Shown here: positions 8,492-16,838 of the stretch, one piece after another
Layout of the letters: every line of letters begins with the position of its first letter
Numbering within the stretch: the stretch's first letter is position 1
Source: Chloroflexota bacterium
GTDB taxonomy: Bacteria; Chloroflexota; Limnocylindria; Limnocylindrales; CSP1-4
Direction of reading: 5' to 3'
DNA: 64,000 bases
NCBI GenBank assembly: GCA_005889475.1
Contig: VBGT01000026.1
Location: 17,544 to 81,543 of the forward strand
Notes under the pieces: model-generated
What the model saw: only the letters and a program-made list of their open reading frames with translations
What the model was told of the DNA's origin: nothing
The model's database searches: none
Made by a program: the position numbers and the translations under genes

Positions 8492-10060
8492 TCACGACGG
8501 TGCCAGGCGGGAGGACGCCCAGCTCCGGACCTGCACGATGAACGTCCGGATCTCGACGATTCGGAGGAACCAGGCCGCGGCGCCATAGGCAAGCAACCCG
8601 AGGGCTCCGAAGAGCGCCAGGGCCGCGAGGCCTGGCCCGAGCCCAGCCGGGACGAGCCCGGCCCACGCGACGGCGCCAATGACGATCGCGCCTGGCGCCA
8701 CGGCCGCCGCGGCCAGGACCAGGGTCCGGGCGATCCCGCGCGGCTCGACGCCCGGCTCACGGCGATTCAGCTGCCACACGAAATACAGCAGCACAAGCGC
8801 CGAGGTGATCGTCGAGGAGAGCGCGATCCCGACGACCCCGATCGTGGCCCCGAGCGAGACGTCGAGGACGAGGTTGAGGATGGCGTTCAGGATGCCGCCA
8901 CCGAGCAGGACCTGGCCTCGCTGCCGCGCGTTATGGGAGCCGGTCAGGATCGGTGACACCATCAGGATGAGGACAAGCGGCGCGAACGCCGCGACGATGG
9001 GAATCGTGAGCGCGATGTCTGTCGCACTGAACGCACCGCGCCCATAGGCGACCGTGACCGCGACCGGCGCGACGGCGACCGTGAGTGCTGCGAGCGGAAG
9101 AAACAGGGCGATGCCGTAGCGAATGGTTCGGCCGGCAGCCCGTCCAAGGGCCGCGACATCCGGCTCAGCGGCGGCCCGGACGAGCGCCGGGTAGATAGCG
9201 CTCCCCCAGGCGGGGGCGATCACACCGATGGGCGCACGGGCGAGCAGCTCGGCGAACCGCAGGGCGCTCACGCCACCAGGCGCCAGGATGGACGCGATCG
9301 CGCGGTCCACGACGGTGTTCACCTGGAGCACGGCAGCGCTGAGCGTGAGGGGCGCGGCATGGCGGGTAAACGCGCCAAGCGCGGCTCGCGACACGCGGAG
9401 GGTCGGCCGCGGCGCCATGTCGGCGCGGACGGTGGTCAGGTACAGGAACAGGGCGCCTACGACGGGTCCGAGGAGACTGCCGATCGCGACTGCCGTCAAC
9501 CCGAGTTGCTGCCACAGCAAGACGATGGCCGTGAGGGCCACGGCGGGCGTCGCCAGGTTCGCCACCGCGATGCCCGCGAAGCGCTCCTCCGCCTGGCACA
9601 CCGCGTACAGAATCGAGGACACGGTCGCGACAAAAGCCATGGGCGCGAGCAGGCGCAGATAGCCGACTGCGGCGGCCCGCCCACTCGGATCGAGGCCCGG
9701 CCCGGTGACTGCCACGGCCACCTCGGCGAGCAGTCCCACGAGGACGCTCGCGCCCAACCCGAACAACCCGACCCAGACGATGACGCCGCCGGCGAATCGC
9801 CGGGCCTCAAGCGGACCCGACTCGTCTCGGAGGCCGATGTAGATCGGCACCAGGGCGGTGACGACGCCGCTCGTGAGCACGCCGGCGAGGGTCGTCGGCA
9901 GCGCGAGGGCGATGAAGAGGGCGTCCAGCTCCGCCGAGACGCCCAGCTGCGCGGCGAGGAAGAGCTCACGCCCGATGGCAAGCGCCTGGGCCAAGGTGGC
10001 GCCGCCCGTCAGGATGAACGCGGAGCGACTGACGGCCTGAAGCGAGAAGGATTGGCTCAC
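8492..10060 (-). CDS. MurJ/MviN-type MOP-superfamily flippase
   Basis: About 14 predicted TM segments. The N-terminus is MurJ-like (AFILTGGATLAQALAIGRELFLAAQLGVSAELDALFIALALP). I placed the start at the GTG at 10060 to avoid a 150-nt overlap with the upstream epimerase; the longest ORF reaches 10243. Confidence 0.75.
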   Translation of the reverse strand: MSQSFSLQAVSRSAFILTGGATLAQALAIGRELFLAAQLGVSAELDALFIALALPTTLAGVLTSGVVTALVPIYIGLRDESGPLEARRFAGGVIVWVGLFGLGASVLVGLLAEVAVAVTGPGLDPSGRAAAVGYLRLLAPMAFVATVSSILYAVCQAEERFAGIAVANLATPAVALTAIVLLWQQLGLTAVAIGSLLGPVVGALFLYLTTVRADMAPRPTLRVSRAALGAFTRHAAPLTLSAAVLQVNTVVDRAIASILAPGGVSALRFAELLARAPIGVIAPAWGSAIYPALVRAAAEPDVAALGRAAGRTIRYGIALFLPLAALTVAVAPVAVTVAYGRGAFSATDIALTIPIVAAFAPLVLILMVSPILTGSHNARQRGQVLLGGGILNAILNLVLDVSLGATIGVVGIALSSTITSALVLLYFVWQLNRREPGVEPRGIARTLVLAAAAVAPGAIVIGAVAWAGLVPAGLGPGLAALALFGALGLLAYGAAAWFLRIVEIRTFIVQVRSWASSRLAPS

Positions 10061-10091
10061 GGGCGGGTCCGGGGAGCCGGGGGCGACGACG

Positions 10092-11048
10092 TCAGGCAGA
10101 GGTTGCCGCAGCGGCGGTCGCGGCGTCCCGATACCAGGCCACCGTCCGCCGGATGCCTTCCTCGAAGCGCACCACGACCTCATAACCAAGCTGCTCGCGG
10201 GCACGGCTGATGTCGGCCTGCGAGTCCCGGACATCGCCGGCACGCACTGGGCCGAACAGCGGCTCGATCGGCCGGCCGGTCGCCTCGGCGATCGCCCGGA
10301 CGAGATCGAGCAGGCTGCGGCGATCTCCGCAACCGATGTTGCAGGTCAGCGGCCCGGCGAGGGGCGCGCTGGCCGCCCGCAGGTTGGCCTCGACTACGTT
10401 GTCCACGTAGGTGAAGTCACGCGTGACATCGCCGGTCCCATTGATCGTCGGGCGCTCGCCGGCCAGCGCCTGCGTGATGAAACGCGGGACCACGGCCGCG
10501 TATTCGGAAGCGGGGTCCTGGCCCGGCCCAAACACGTTGAAGTACCGCAGCGCGACGGTGGCGATCCCGTTCAGCTCCCCGATCGCGTGCAGGTAGCCCT
10601 CGGCGGCCAGCTTGCTGGCGGCGTACGCCGACCGAGGGTTGGGCACCAGGCCTTCGTGGCACGGCAGGACGTCTGGACCGCCGTAGATCGAGGAGGAACC
10701 TGCCAGCACCACCCTGCGCACGCCCGCCCGCGCAGCTGCCAGCATGGTCTCGATCGTCCCCCCGGCGTTGACGTTGTTGCTGGGCATGGGCGCCAGGATC
10801 GATCGGGCGACCGACGGAATCGCGGCCAGGTGAAAGATGACCTCGCAACCAGCTGCGGCCTCGTCGAGGGCGGCCGCGTCGAGGACGCTGCCCTCGACGA
10901 ATGTGATCCTTTGCCGCACCGGCGCGAGGCGTGCGGCCTCGCCGGTCGAGAGGTCATCGAGCACGTGGACCTCGGCATCGCGGTCCACGAGCGCGCGAAC
11001 GAGGTGGTGGCCGATGAAACCCGCGCCGCCAGTGACGAGCGCTCTCAC
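10092..11048 (-). CDS. NAD-dependent nucleotide-sugar epimerase/dehydratase (extended SDR)
   Basis: Rossmann motif VTGGAGFIGHHL and catalytic motif YAASK. The GTG start at 11048 makes a GTGA overlap with the asnB stop. Confidence 0.85.
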   Translation of the reverse strand: MRALVTGGAGFIGHHLVRALVDRDAEVHVLDDLSTGEAARLAPVRQRITFVEGSVLDAAALDEAAAGCEVIFHLAAIPSVARSILAPMPSNNVNAGGTIETMLAAARAGVRRVVLAGSSSIYGGPDVLPCHEGLVPNPRSAYAASKLAAEGYLHAIGELNGIATVALRYFNVFGPGQDPASEYAAVVPRFITQALAGERPTINGTGDVTRDFTYVDNVVEANLRAASAPLAGPLTCNIGCGDRRSLLDLVRAIAEATGRPIEPLFGPVRAGDVRDSQADISRAREQLGYEVVVRFEEGIRRTVAWYRDAATAAAATSA

Positions 11049-12910
11049 GCGACGGCCTTCAGGGCACTCTCCGACCATTGGCGCGCCCACAGCTCGAAGG
11101 CGAGCAGGAGCCAGAGCGTCCGGCCGTTCTCGGCGGAGCCGGCGAGGTGGGCCGTCAGGATCCCCGCGGCCGTCCCCTGGTCGAGGTGGGCCGCTACCTG
11201 TGCGTCGGGGGCAAGCACGAGGTCACGGTAGACCTCGCCAAGGCCGTCCCGGAACCAGGCGTCCAGCGGCGCCGCGAACCCAGCCTTGGGGCGCTCAACG
11301 AGCTCCGCCGGCATCAGGCTCAGGGCGATCTCGCGGAGGAGCCGCTTCGTAGAGCCTCGTGCCACCTTCGCGTCGCCTGGGAGGCGCGCGACGTACTCCC
11401 CGAGGCGATGATCGAGGAAGGGTGAGCGCGCCTCGAGCGAGTGGGCCATCGTCGCCCGGTCCATCTTCACGAGGAGGTCCTCGGGCAGGTACGACCGGGC
11501 GTCGGCCGAGAGCAGGCGGTCGATTCCGTGCTTCGGCGACTCGGCCAGGACGTCCAGGAGGTACGCATCGCGATCGGCGATCGGATCGTCGCGCAGCAGC
11601 CGCCGCCGGAGCCCGAGCCCGGCCATCGACATCAGCCGGACGTACTGAAGGTCGGCGGATTCGCCGATCCGGACCTCCAGTGCGCTGTCATCGGCGGACG
11701 GTTCGCGACCGAGGGCGATCCGTCGTGTCGTCGCGACCAGTCGCCGGATCCGAGGCGGGAGATGCTGCAGTCGATTGAGCGAGAGCTGCAGCTGGTACCG
11801 GGGGTAGCCGCCGAACATCTCGTCGCCGCCATCGCCGGTGAGGACCACTCGGACGTGCGGCGCCGTGACCTCGGCGAGCCGGAACGTCGGGATCGCCGAG
11901 GAGTCCCCGAATGGCTCGTCGAAGTGGGCGGCGAGGCGGGGCAGGACGGATAGGACGTCGAGCCGGACCGTCTCTTCGGTGTGACGGGTCCCGAAGTGTC
12001 GGGCGACCGCAGCCGCGGAGGCGCTCTCGTCGTAGCCGACCTCGTCGAACGCGATGGTGAACGTCCGAAGGTCGGCGCTCCCAGCGGCGAGCGCGAGGAC
12101 CGTGCTCGAATCCATCCCGCCACTCAGGAAAAGCCCGACCGGGACATCGCTTCGGAGGCGAAGCGTCACCGCCTCGCGCAACAGCTCGAGGGTCGCTTCG
12201 CGCCGCTCGTCGGGCGAGACATCGGCCTTCGGCCGGTAGGCCAGGTGCCAGTAGCGCGCGATCTGGACCTCGCCGCCGTCCCAGGTCAGGAGGCTCGCCG
12301 GCGGGAGCTTCTGGATATCGGCGAAGATCGACCGGGGAGCGGGCACGTACTGGTACTGCAGATAGTCGGCCAGGGCCGTGCGATCGAGCTTCCTGGGCGT
12401 GGCGGGATCGAGGAGGATGGCCTTCAGCTCCGAGGCGAACAGCAGCCGCTCACCCGAACGTCGCCAGTACAGCGGCTTCTTGCCGAAGCGATCCCGGGCC
12501 AGGACGAGGCGCCGGCGCCGGCCATCCCAGATCGCGAGCGCGAACATTCCACGCAGGTGATGGACGAAGTCGTCGCCGTGGTCTTCGTAGAGGTGGGCAA
12601 TGACCTCGGTGTCCCCACGGCTGTGCAGGGTGTGGCCTCGACGCAGCAGATCCTCCCGCAGCTCGACGTAGTTGTAGATCTCGCCGTTCTGCACAACCTG
12701 GATCGCCTCATCCTCACCCGAGACCGGCTGGCTGCCGGTCTCGAGGTCGATGATCGCGAGTCGCCGGGCCCCGATCGCCGCATTCGCGTCCCGAACCTGG
12801 CGTTGCTCGTCCGGCCCGCGGTGCGCCAGCGAACGGAGCATGTTGTCGAGGAGGACGGTGTCCTGCGACTGCAGGCCGTCCGAGGTCGCGATCCCCGCGA
12901 TTCCACACAT
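11045..12910 (-). CDS. asnB: asparagine synthase (glutamine-hydrolysing) family amidotransferase
   Basis: The ATG at 12910 gives MCGIAG, with Cys2 as the Ntn nucleophile. The PP-loop is LFLSGGMDSS. 621 aa. Confidence 0.85.
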   Translation of the reverse strand: MCGIAGIATSDGLQSQDTVLLDNMLRSLAHRGPDEQRQVRDANAAIGARRLAIIDLETGSQPVSGEDEAIQVVQNGEIYNYVELREDLLRRGHTLHSRGDTEVIAHLYEDHGDDFVHHLRGMFALAIWDGRRRRLVLARDRFGKKPLYWRRSGERLLFASELKAILLDPATPRKLDRTALADYLQYQYVPAPRSIFADIQKLPPASLLTWDGGEVQIARYWHLAYRPKADVSPDERREATLELLREAVTLRLRSDVPVGLFLSGGMDSSTVLALAAGSADLRTFTIAFDEVGYDESASAAAVARHFGTRHTEETVRLDVLSVLPRLAAHFDEPFGDSSAIPTFRLAEVTAPHVRVVLTGDGGDEMFGGYPRYQLQLSLNRLQHLPPRIRRLVATTRRIALGREPSADDSALEVRIGESADLQYVRLMSMAGLGLRRRLLRDDPIADRDAYLLDVLAESPKHGIDRLLSADARSYLPEDLLVKMDRATMAHSLEARSPFLDHRLGEYVARLPGDAKVARGSTKRLLREIALSLMPAELVERPKAGFAAPLDAWFRDGLGEVYRDLVLAPDAQVAAHLDQGTAAGILTAHLAGSAENGRTLWLLLAFELWARQWSESALKAVA

Positions 12911-13036
12911 GTCAGCGGATGCTGCCATGTCGGTGCTTCGGCTGTCGCGGGCCGGGCCGACATCCGGGGCGCCGAGGCGCCACCATGACCTGCAACGCCG
13001 CCGCACGCCCAATCGGCGCTCGTTGCACGCGAGCAA

Positions 13037-13194
13037 CAGACTCTGTGCTGCAAGGTTGTTTGCTAATTGACTTTGGTACTTTCGTACTGTTCCTTGGTGA
13101 ACATTGGGGGCGTGTCACGTCGCGGCATTGGGGGCGCGACGTCGGGGGCATGATCGACTGACCCGTTAAGCCTGTCCGCGCGAAAGAGGGCCCT
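13037..13194. promoter_or_regulatory. divergent promoter region between asnB and the phosphoglycosyl transferase gene
   Basis: GC drops locally (TGTTTGCTAATTGACTTTGGTACTTTCGTACTGTTCC). The direct repeat CATTGGGGGCG occurs at 13102-13112 and 13126-13136. The SD-like AAGAGGG lies before the GTG at 13195. Confidence 0.35.
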
Positions 13195-14418
13195 GTGACC
13201 GTCCAGGAAGTCGAGGGGACCAACCAGGGTCCCGCGCCGAGCGTCAGCACGCCCGTCGAGGCGCTGCCGCGCGTCCACACGCTCGCCCCGGAGACCGTGG
13301 TCACCATCGAGGTGGCACTTGCTCCGGCGGGCTCGCGGCCAACGCGGATCGCCGCGATCGGCGGGCCGCCGGCAGCGCTCCCGAACGACCTCGTCCAACT
13401 TCTTACGGGCGCTGACACGAGCGACGCCGACGTCCTGCTGATCTGCCCGGGCGAGGAGGACGCGGAACATCTCGGGCCGGACCTGTCGGCCCTGGGGCGG
13501 GCCTGCGCCGATGTCGTCGCGGCGGCTCGGCCGGGCCAGACGCTCATCATGACGTCGGCGAGCTACGTCGGCTGCGCGCGCGACCTCCTGCTGATCCCCC
13601 TTGCAAAGCGTGGGCTCGTCGCAGGCCGCGACATCCATGTCGCCGTCAGTCCCGAGCCGGTGCCAGGGGCCCCGAAGCGCCGCGGCCGCGTCGTCGGCGG
13701 AGCGACGGCGGCCTGCACGCTGGCGGCCGCGGCCGTGCTCGAGCCGGTCGGGCCGATCATCGCGGCGCTCACCCTCGAGGATGCCGAGGCCGCCTCAATG
13801 GCGACCGATGGTCCGAGCCGTCTTGGCGCCGTCGCAAAGCGGCTGGTCGATGTCGTCGGAGCGTCCATCGGATTGCTCCTGGCCGCACCGCTCCTGCTGG
13901 TCGTCGCCCTCGGCGTCATCTCGGACAGCCGCGGCCCGATCCTGTTCACCCAGGACCGCGTCGGCCGAAACGGGCGCCTCTTTCGCTTTCGGAAGTTTCG
14001 AACCATGACCGATGACGCGGAGGAGCGCCTCGGCGAGGTCCTCCACCTGAATACCATCCGGGGTCCCGCGATCCAGATCGACGGTGACCCGCGCGTCACG
14101 CGAATCGGGGGCTTCCTGCGACGCAGCAGCCTCGACGAGCTCCCGCAGCTGTGGAACGTGCTGGTGGGCGAGATGAGCCTCGTTGGCCCGCGCCCCGCTC
14201 CCATCGTGGAGGTCGCCGCATACAAGCCGTGGCATCGCCGCCGGCTGGCCGTGAAACCTGGGCTGACAGGGCTCGCCCAGGTTCGTGCTCGCAACTATCG
14301 CGAGTTCGACGTGAAGGCCGGCCTCGATCTCCAGTACGTTGACCATTGGTCCCCATGGCTCGACGTTCGGATCCTGCTCGAGACGGTGCCGTCGGTCCTG
14401 CGCTTCACGGGGCGGTGA
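13195..14418 (+). CDS. initiating phosphoglycosyl transferase (bacterial sugar transferase domain) with an unusual soluble N-terminal domain
   Basis: The C-terminal half has one TM (IGLLLAAPLLLVVALGVI) and the hallmarks FRFRKFRTM, DELPQLWNVLVGEMSLVGPRP and KPGLTGLAQV. The N-terminal ~200 aa have no TM. Confidence 0.85.
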   Translation: MTVQEVEGTNQGPAPSVSTPVEALPRVHTLAPETVVTIEVALAPAGSRPTRIAAIGGPPAALPNDLVQLLTGADTSDADVLLICPGEEDAEHLGPDLSALGRACADVVAAARPGQTLIMTSASYVGCARDLLLIPLAKRGLVAGRDIHVAVSPEPVPGAPKRRGRVVGGATAACTLAAAAVLEPVGPIIAALTLEDAEAASMATDGPSRLGAVAKRLVDVVGASIGLLLAAPLLLVVALGVISDSRGPILFTQDRVGRNGRLFRFRKFRTMTDDAEERLGEVLHLNTIRGPAIQIDGDPRVTRIGGFLRRSSLDELPQLWNVLVGEMSLVGPRPAPIVEVAAYKPWHRRRLAVKPGLTGLAQVRARNYREFDVKAGLDLQYVDHWSPWLDVRILLETVPSVLRFTGR

Positions 14419-14444
14419 CCGGGCCGGGCTCGCCGGCTGGCCGG

Positions 14445-15623
14445 ATGGAGCGCGGCCCGACGCTGCTCTTCGTCTCGACGGTCCCGCCGTTGATCCGGAA
14501 CTTCTACCTGCCGTACGCGGCCCACTTTCGTGGACGCGGCTGGCGGGTGCTCCTCGCCGCAAGGGACGCTCGTCACGACGCCACGCTGCGCGCGGCCTTC
14601 GACGAGGTCGTCGATCTGCCGGTCTCGCGCTCGACGCTCGACTGGCGGAACTACACGCAAGCCTTCGTCGCGATTCGTCGGTTGCTGCTTGCAGGGCCGG
14701 ACATCGTCCATGCCCATTCCCCGATCGCGGCGCTCCTCGTGCGGCTTGCCGTGGCGACGGTGCCTCGCGCTCGACGGCCTGCGGTCGTCTACACCGTGCA
14801 CGGCTTCCACTTCCACCACCGCGGGCTTCGGGTGACGAACGCGATCTTCCGAACGGCCGAGCGGCTCGCCGGGCGGTGGACCGATCGCCTGATCGTGATG
14901 AACGACGAGGACGAACGCTCCGCGCGATCCGGCCACTTCGTCGCCGAGGATCGGCTCGTGCGCATGCCGGGCGTCGGCATCGACGCGGAACACTACGCAC
15001 GCTCTGCGATCCAGCCGGGTGCCACCGAGGCCGCGCTCGCGGTCATCGCCGCGGCCGGGCGTCCCGTATTCGTTGTCGTCGGCGAACTCCACCGCAGGAA
15101 GCGTCACGAGGATGTCGTGAGAGCGCTGTCGGCGATGCGGCACCGCGATGCGATGCTCGTGCTGCTCGGGGATGGCCGCCGCCGCCCTGCGCTCGAGGCG
15201 CTCGTCCGCCGGCTGAAGCTCGGCGATCGCGTCCGCTTCCTCGGCTTCGTCGAGGACATCCGTCCCTACGTCGCGTGGGCCAATGCCGTGGTTCTCGCGA
15301 GCCTCCGCGAAGGACTCCCCCGTGCAGTCATGGAGGCGATGGCCCTCCAGGTCCCGGTGATCGTCTCGGCATCTCGTGGCAACGTGGACCTGGTCGACTC
15401 GACGTGCGGTTTCGTCGTGCCGTTCGGCTCTGTCGCCGGACTCGCCGGCGCGATGGATCAGGTGCTCGACGATCCCTTGACGGCCGCCACCCTGGGCCGA
15501 CGTGGGCGGGAGCGCATCGTGTCCGGATACGGGCTGGCGGAAATGATCGCGCGGCACGACTCGCTGTATGGGGAGCTCCTGGAGGAGCGCTCGTGGGGCT
15601 CAGCGATCCTGGCGAACCAGTGA
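14445..15623 (+). CDS. family 4 (GT-B) glycosyltransferase
   Basis: ATG at 14445. The EX7E region is LREGLPRAVMEAMALQVPVI and the layout is GT4. Confidence 0.8.
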   Translation: MERGPTLLFVSTVPPLIRNFYLPYAAHFRGRGWRVLLAARDARHDATLRAAFDEVVDLPVSRSTLDWRNYTQAFVAIRRLLLAGPDIVHAHSPIAALLVRLAVATVPRARRPAVVYTVHGFHFHHRGLRVTNAIFRTAERLAGRWTDRLIVMNDEDERSARSGHFVAEDRLVRMPGVGIDAEHYARSAIQPGATEAALAVIAAAGRPVFVVVGELHRRKRHEDVVRALSAMRHRDAMLVLLGDGRRRPALEALVRRLKLGDRVRFLGFVEDIRPYVAWANAVVLASLREGLPRAVMEAMALQVPVIVSASRGNVDLVDSTCGFVVPFGSVAGLAGAMDQVLDDPLTAATLGRRGRERIVSGYGLAEMIARHDSLYGELLEERSWGSAILANQ

Positions 15624-16838
15624 TCGGTAGAGGTCCAGGGTCGCCTCGGCGAGGACGGCCGGCGTGAAGGCCCGGGCTCGAATCGCGGCCGCGGTACCGA
15701 GACGGGTCCGAGCAGCTGAATCACCGACGAGCCCCTCGATGGCAGCCGACAACGCCGCGGGGTCCCGCGCTGGGATCAGGACGCCGGAGACGCCGTCCTC
15801 GAGGATCTCGGCCGTGCCGCCAACGGCGGTGGCGACGATCGGCAGGCCGGCCGCGGCTGCCTCCAGGACCGCGTTGGGAAGGCTCTCGCTGTCCGACGCC
15901 TGAACCGCGAGATCGAAACCCGGGTACAGAGGACGGGCATCGCCGGAGTCGACATCGAGCCGCACCACCTCTTCGAGCCGGTGTGCCGCGATCTGTCGCT
16001 CGAGGTCAGAGCGCAACGGCCCATCGCCCACGATGACGACTCGCAGCTCGGGTCGTCGTTTGGACACGGCAGCGGCCGCCGCAACGAGCTCGGGCAAGCC
16101 CTTGCCCGACTGCAGGCTCCCGACGCAGCCGACGACGCAGTCGCCCGGCCCGAAGCCCCAGCCGGCTCGGATGCGGTCTCGCGCCTGGACGTCAATGGCG
16201 GGTGGCACGACGGCGTTGCGAATGACGTGAACGGCCGCAGGATCGATGCCATCGACCGCGACGAGGTCGTCCGCGGCGGCCTGGGAGTTCGCCACGAAGG
16301 CATCGGCGCGACGCATTGCGAGGGTTGCCACGAGCCGGCGGGCGGCCGTTCGCGGCCGGGCAACATCCGCGAGCGATCTTCGACCGGCCATGAACACTGG
16401 CACGCGGGCGAGGGGCTGGGCAAGGCCGACGAGCGTCAGAGCCGGAACCAGCCACGCGTCGACGAGATCCACGTCCCGCGTCAGGCGGACGTACGACCGG
16501 ACGGACCGCGCCAGCGCCAGGGCACAACGGATGCCGAGTCCCCGGCACGTCGCGGCCTGAAGCCCGAGGACGTGCACCGGCACGCCGAGGGCCTCGGCCT
16601 CGTCTGCCAGTGGCCCGCGCTCGGCCAACAGGATAAAGCGGAGCTCGACGTCGTCACGCGGGAGCGCCCCGGCCAGGATCAGCATCTGGCGCTCCGCGCC
16701 GCCGCGGCGCAGGCTGGGGCTGACCAGTGCCACGCGCAATGGGGCTCTGGCTCCCGGGCGTCGTCGCCGTCCGGTCAACTGGGCGCCCCGCGATGGTCGG
16801 CGGCCGTCAAGACGCGGCCTCGGCAGCGCGCGGAGCAT
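15600..16838 (-). CDS. family 4 (GT-B) glycosyltransferase
   Basis: Motifs RRGGAERQ, GSLQSGKG and SESLPNAVLEAAAAGLPIVAT. The start is ATG at 16838 (alternative GTG at 16733). It overlaps the convergent GT4 gene by 24 nt. Confidence 0.8.
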   Translation of the reverse strand: MLRALPRPRLDGRRPSRGAQLTGRRRRPGARAPLRVALVSPSLRRGGAERQMLILAGALPRDDVELRFILLAERGPLADEAEALGVPVHVLGLQAATCRGLGIRCALALARSVRSYVRLTRDVDLVDAWLVPALTLVGLAQPLARVPVFMAGRRSLADVARPRTAARRLVATLAMRRADAFVANSQAAADDLVAVDGIDPAAVHVIRNAVVPPAIDVQARDRIRAGWGFGPGDCVVGCVGSLQSGKGLPELVAAAAAVSKRRPELRVVIVGDGPLRSDLERQIAAHRLEEVVRLDVDSGDARPLYPGFDLAVQASDSESLPNAVLEAAAAGLPIVATAVGGTAEILEDGVSGVLIPARDPAALSAAIEGLVGDSAARTRLGTAAAIRARAFTPAVLAEATLDLYRSLVRQDR

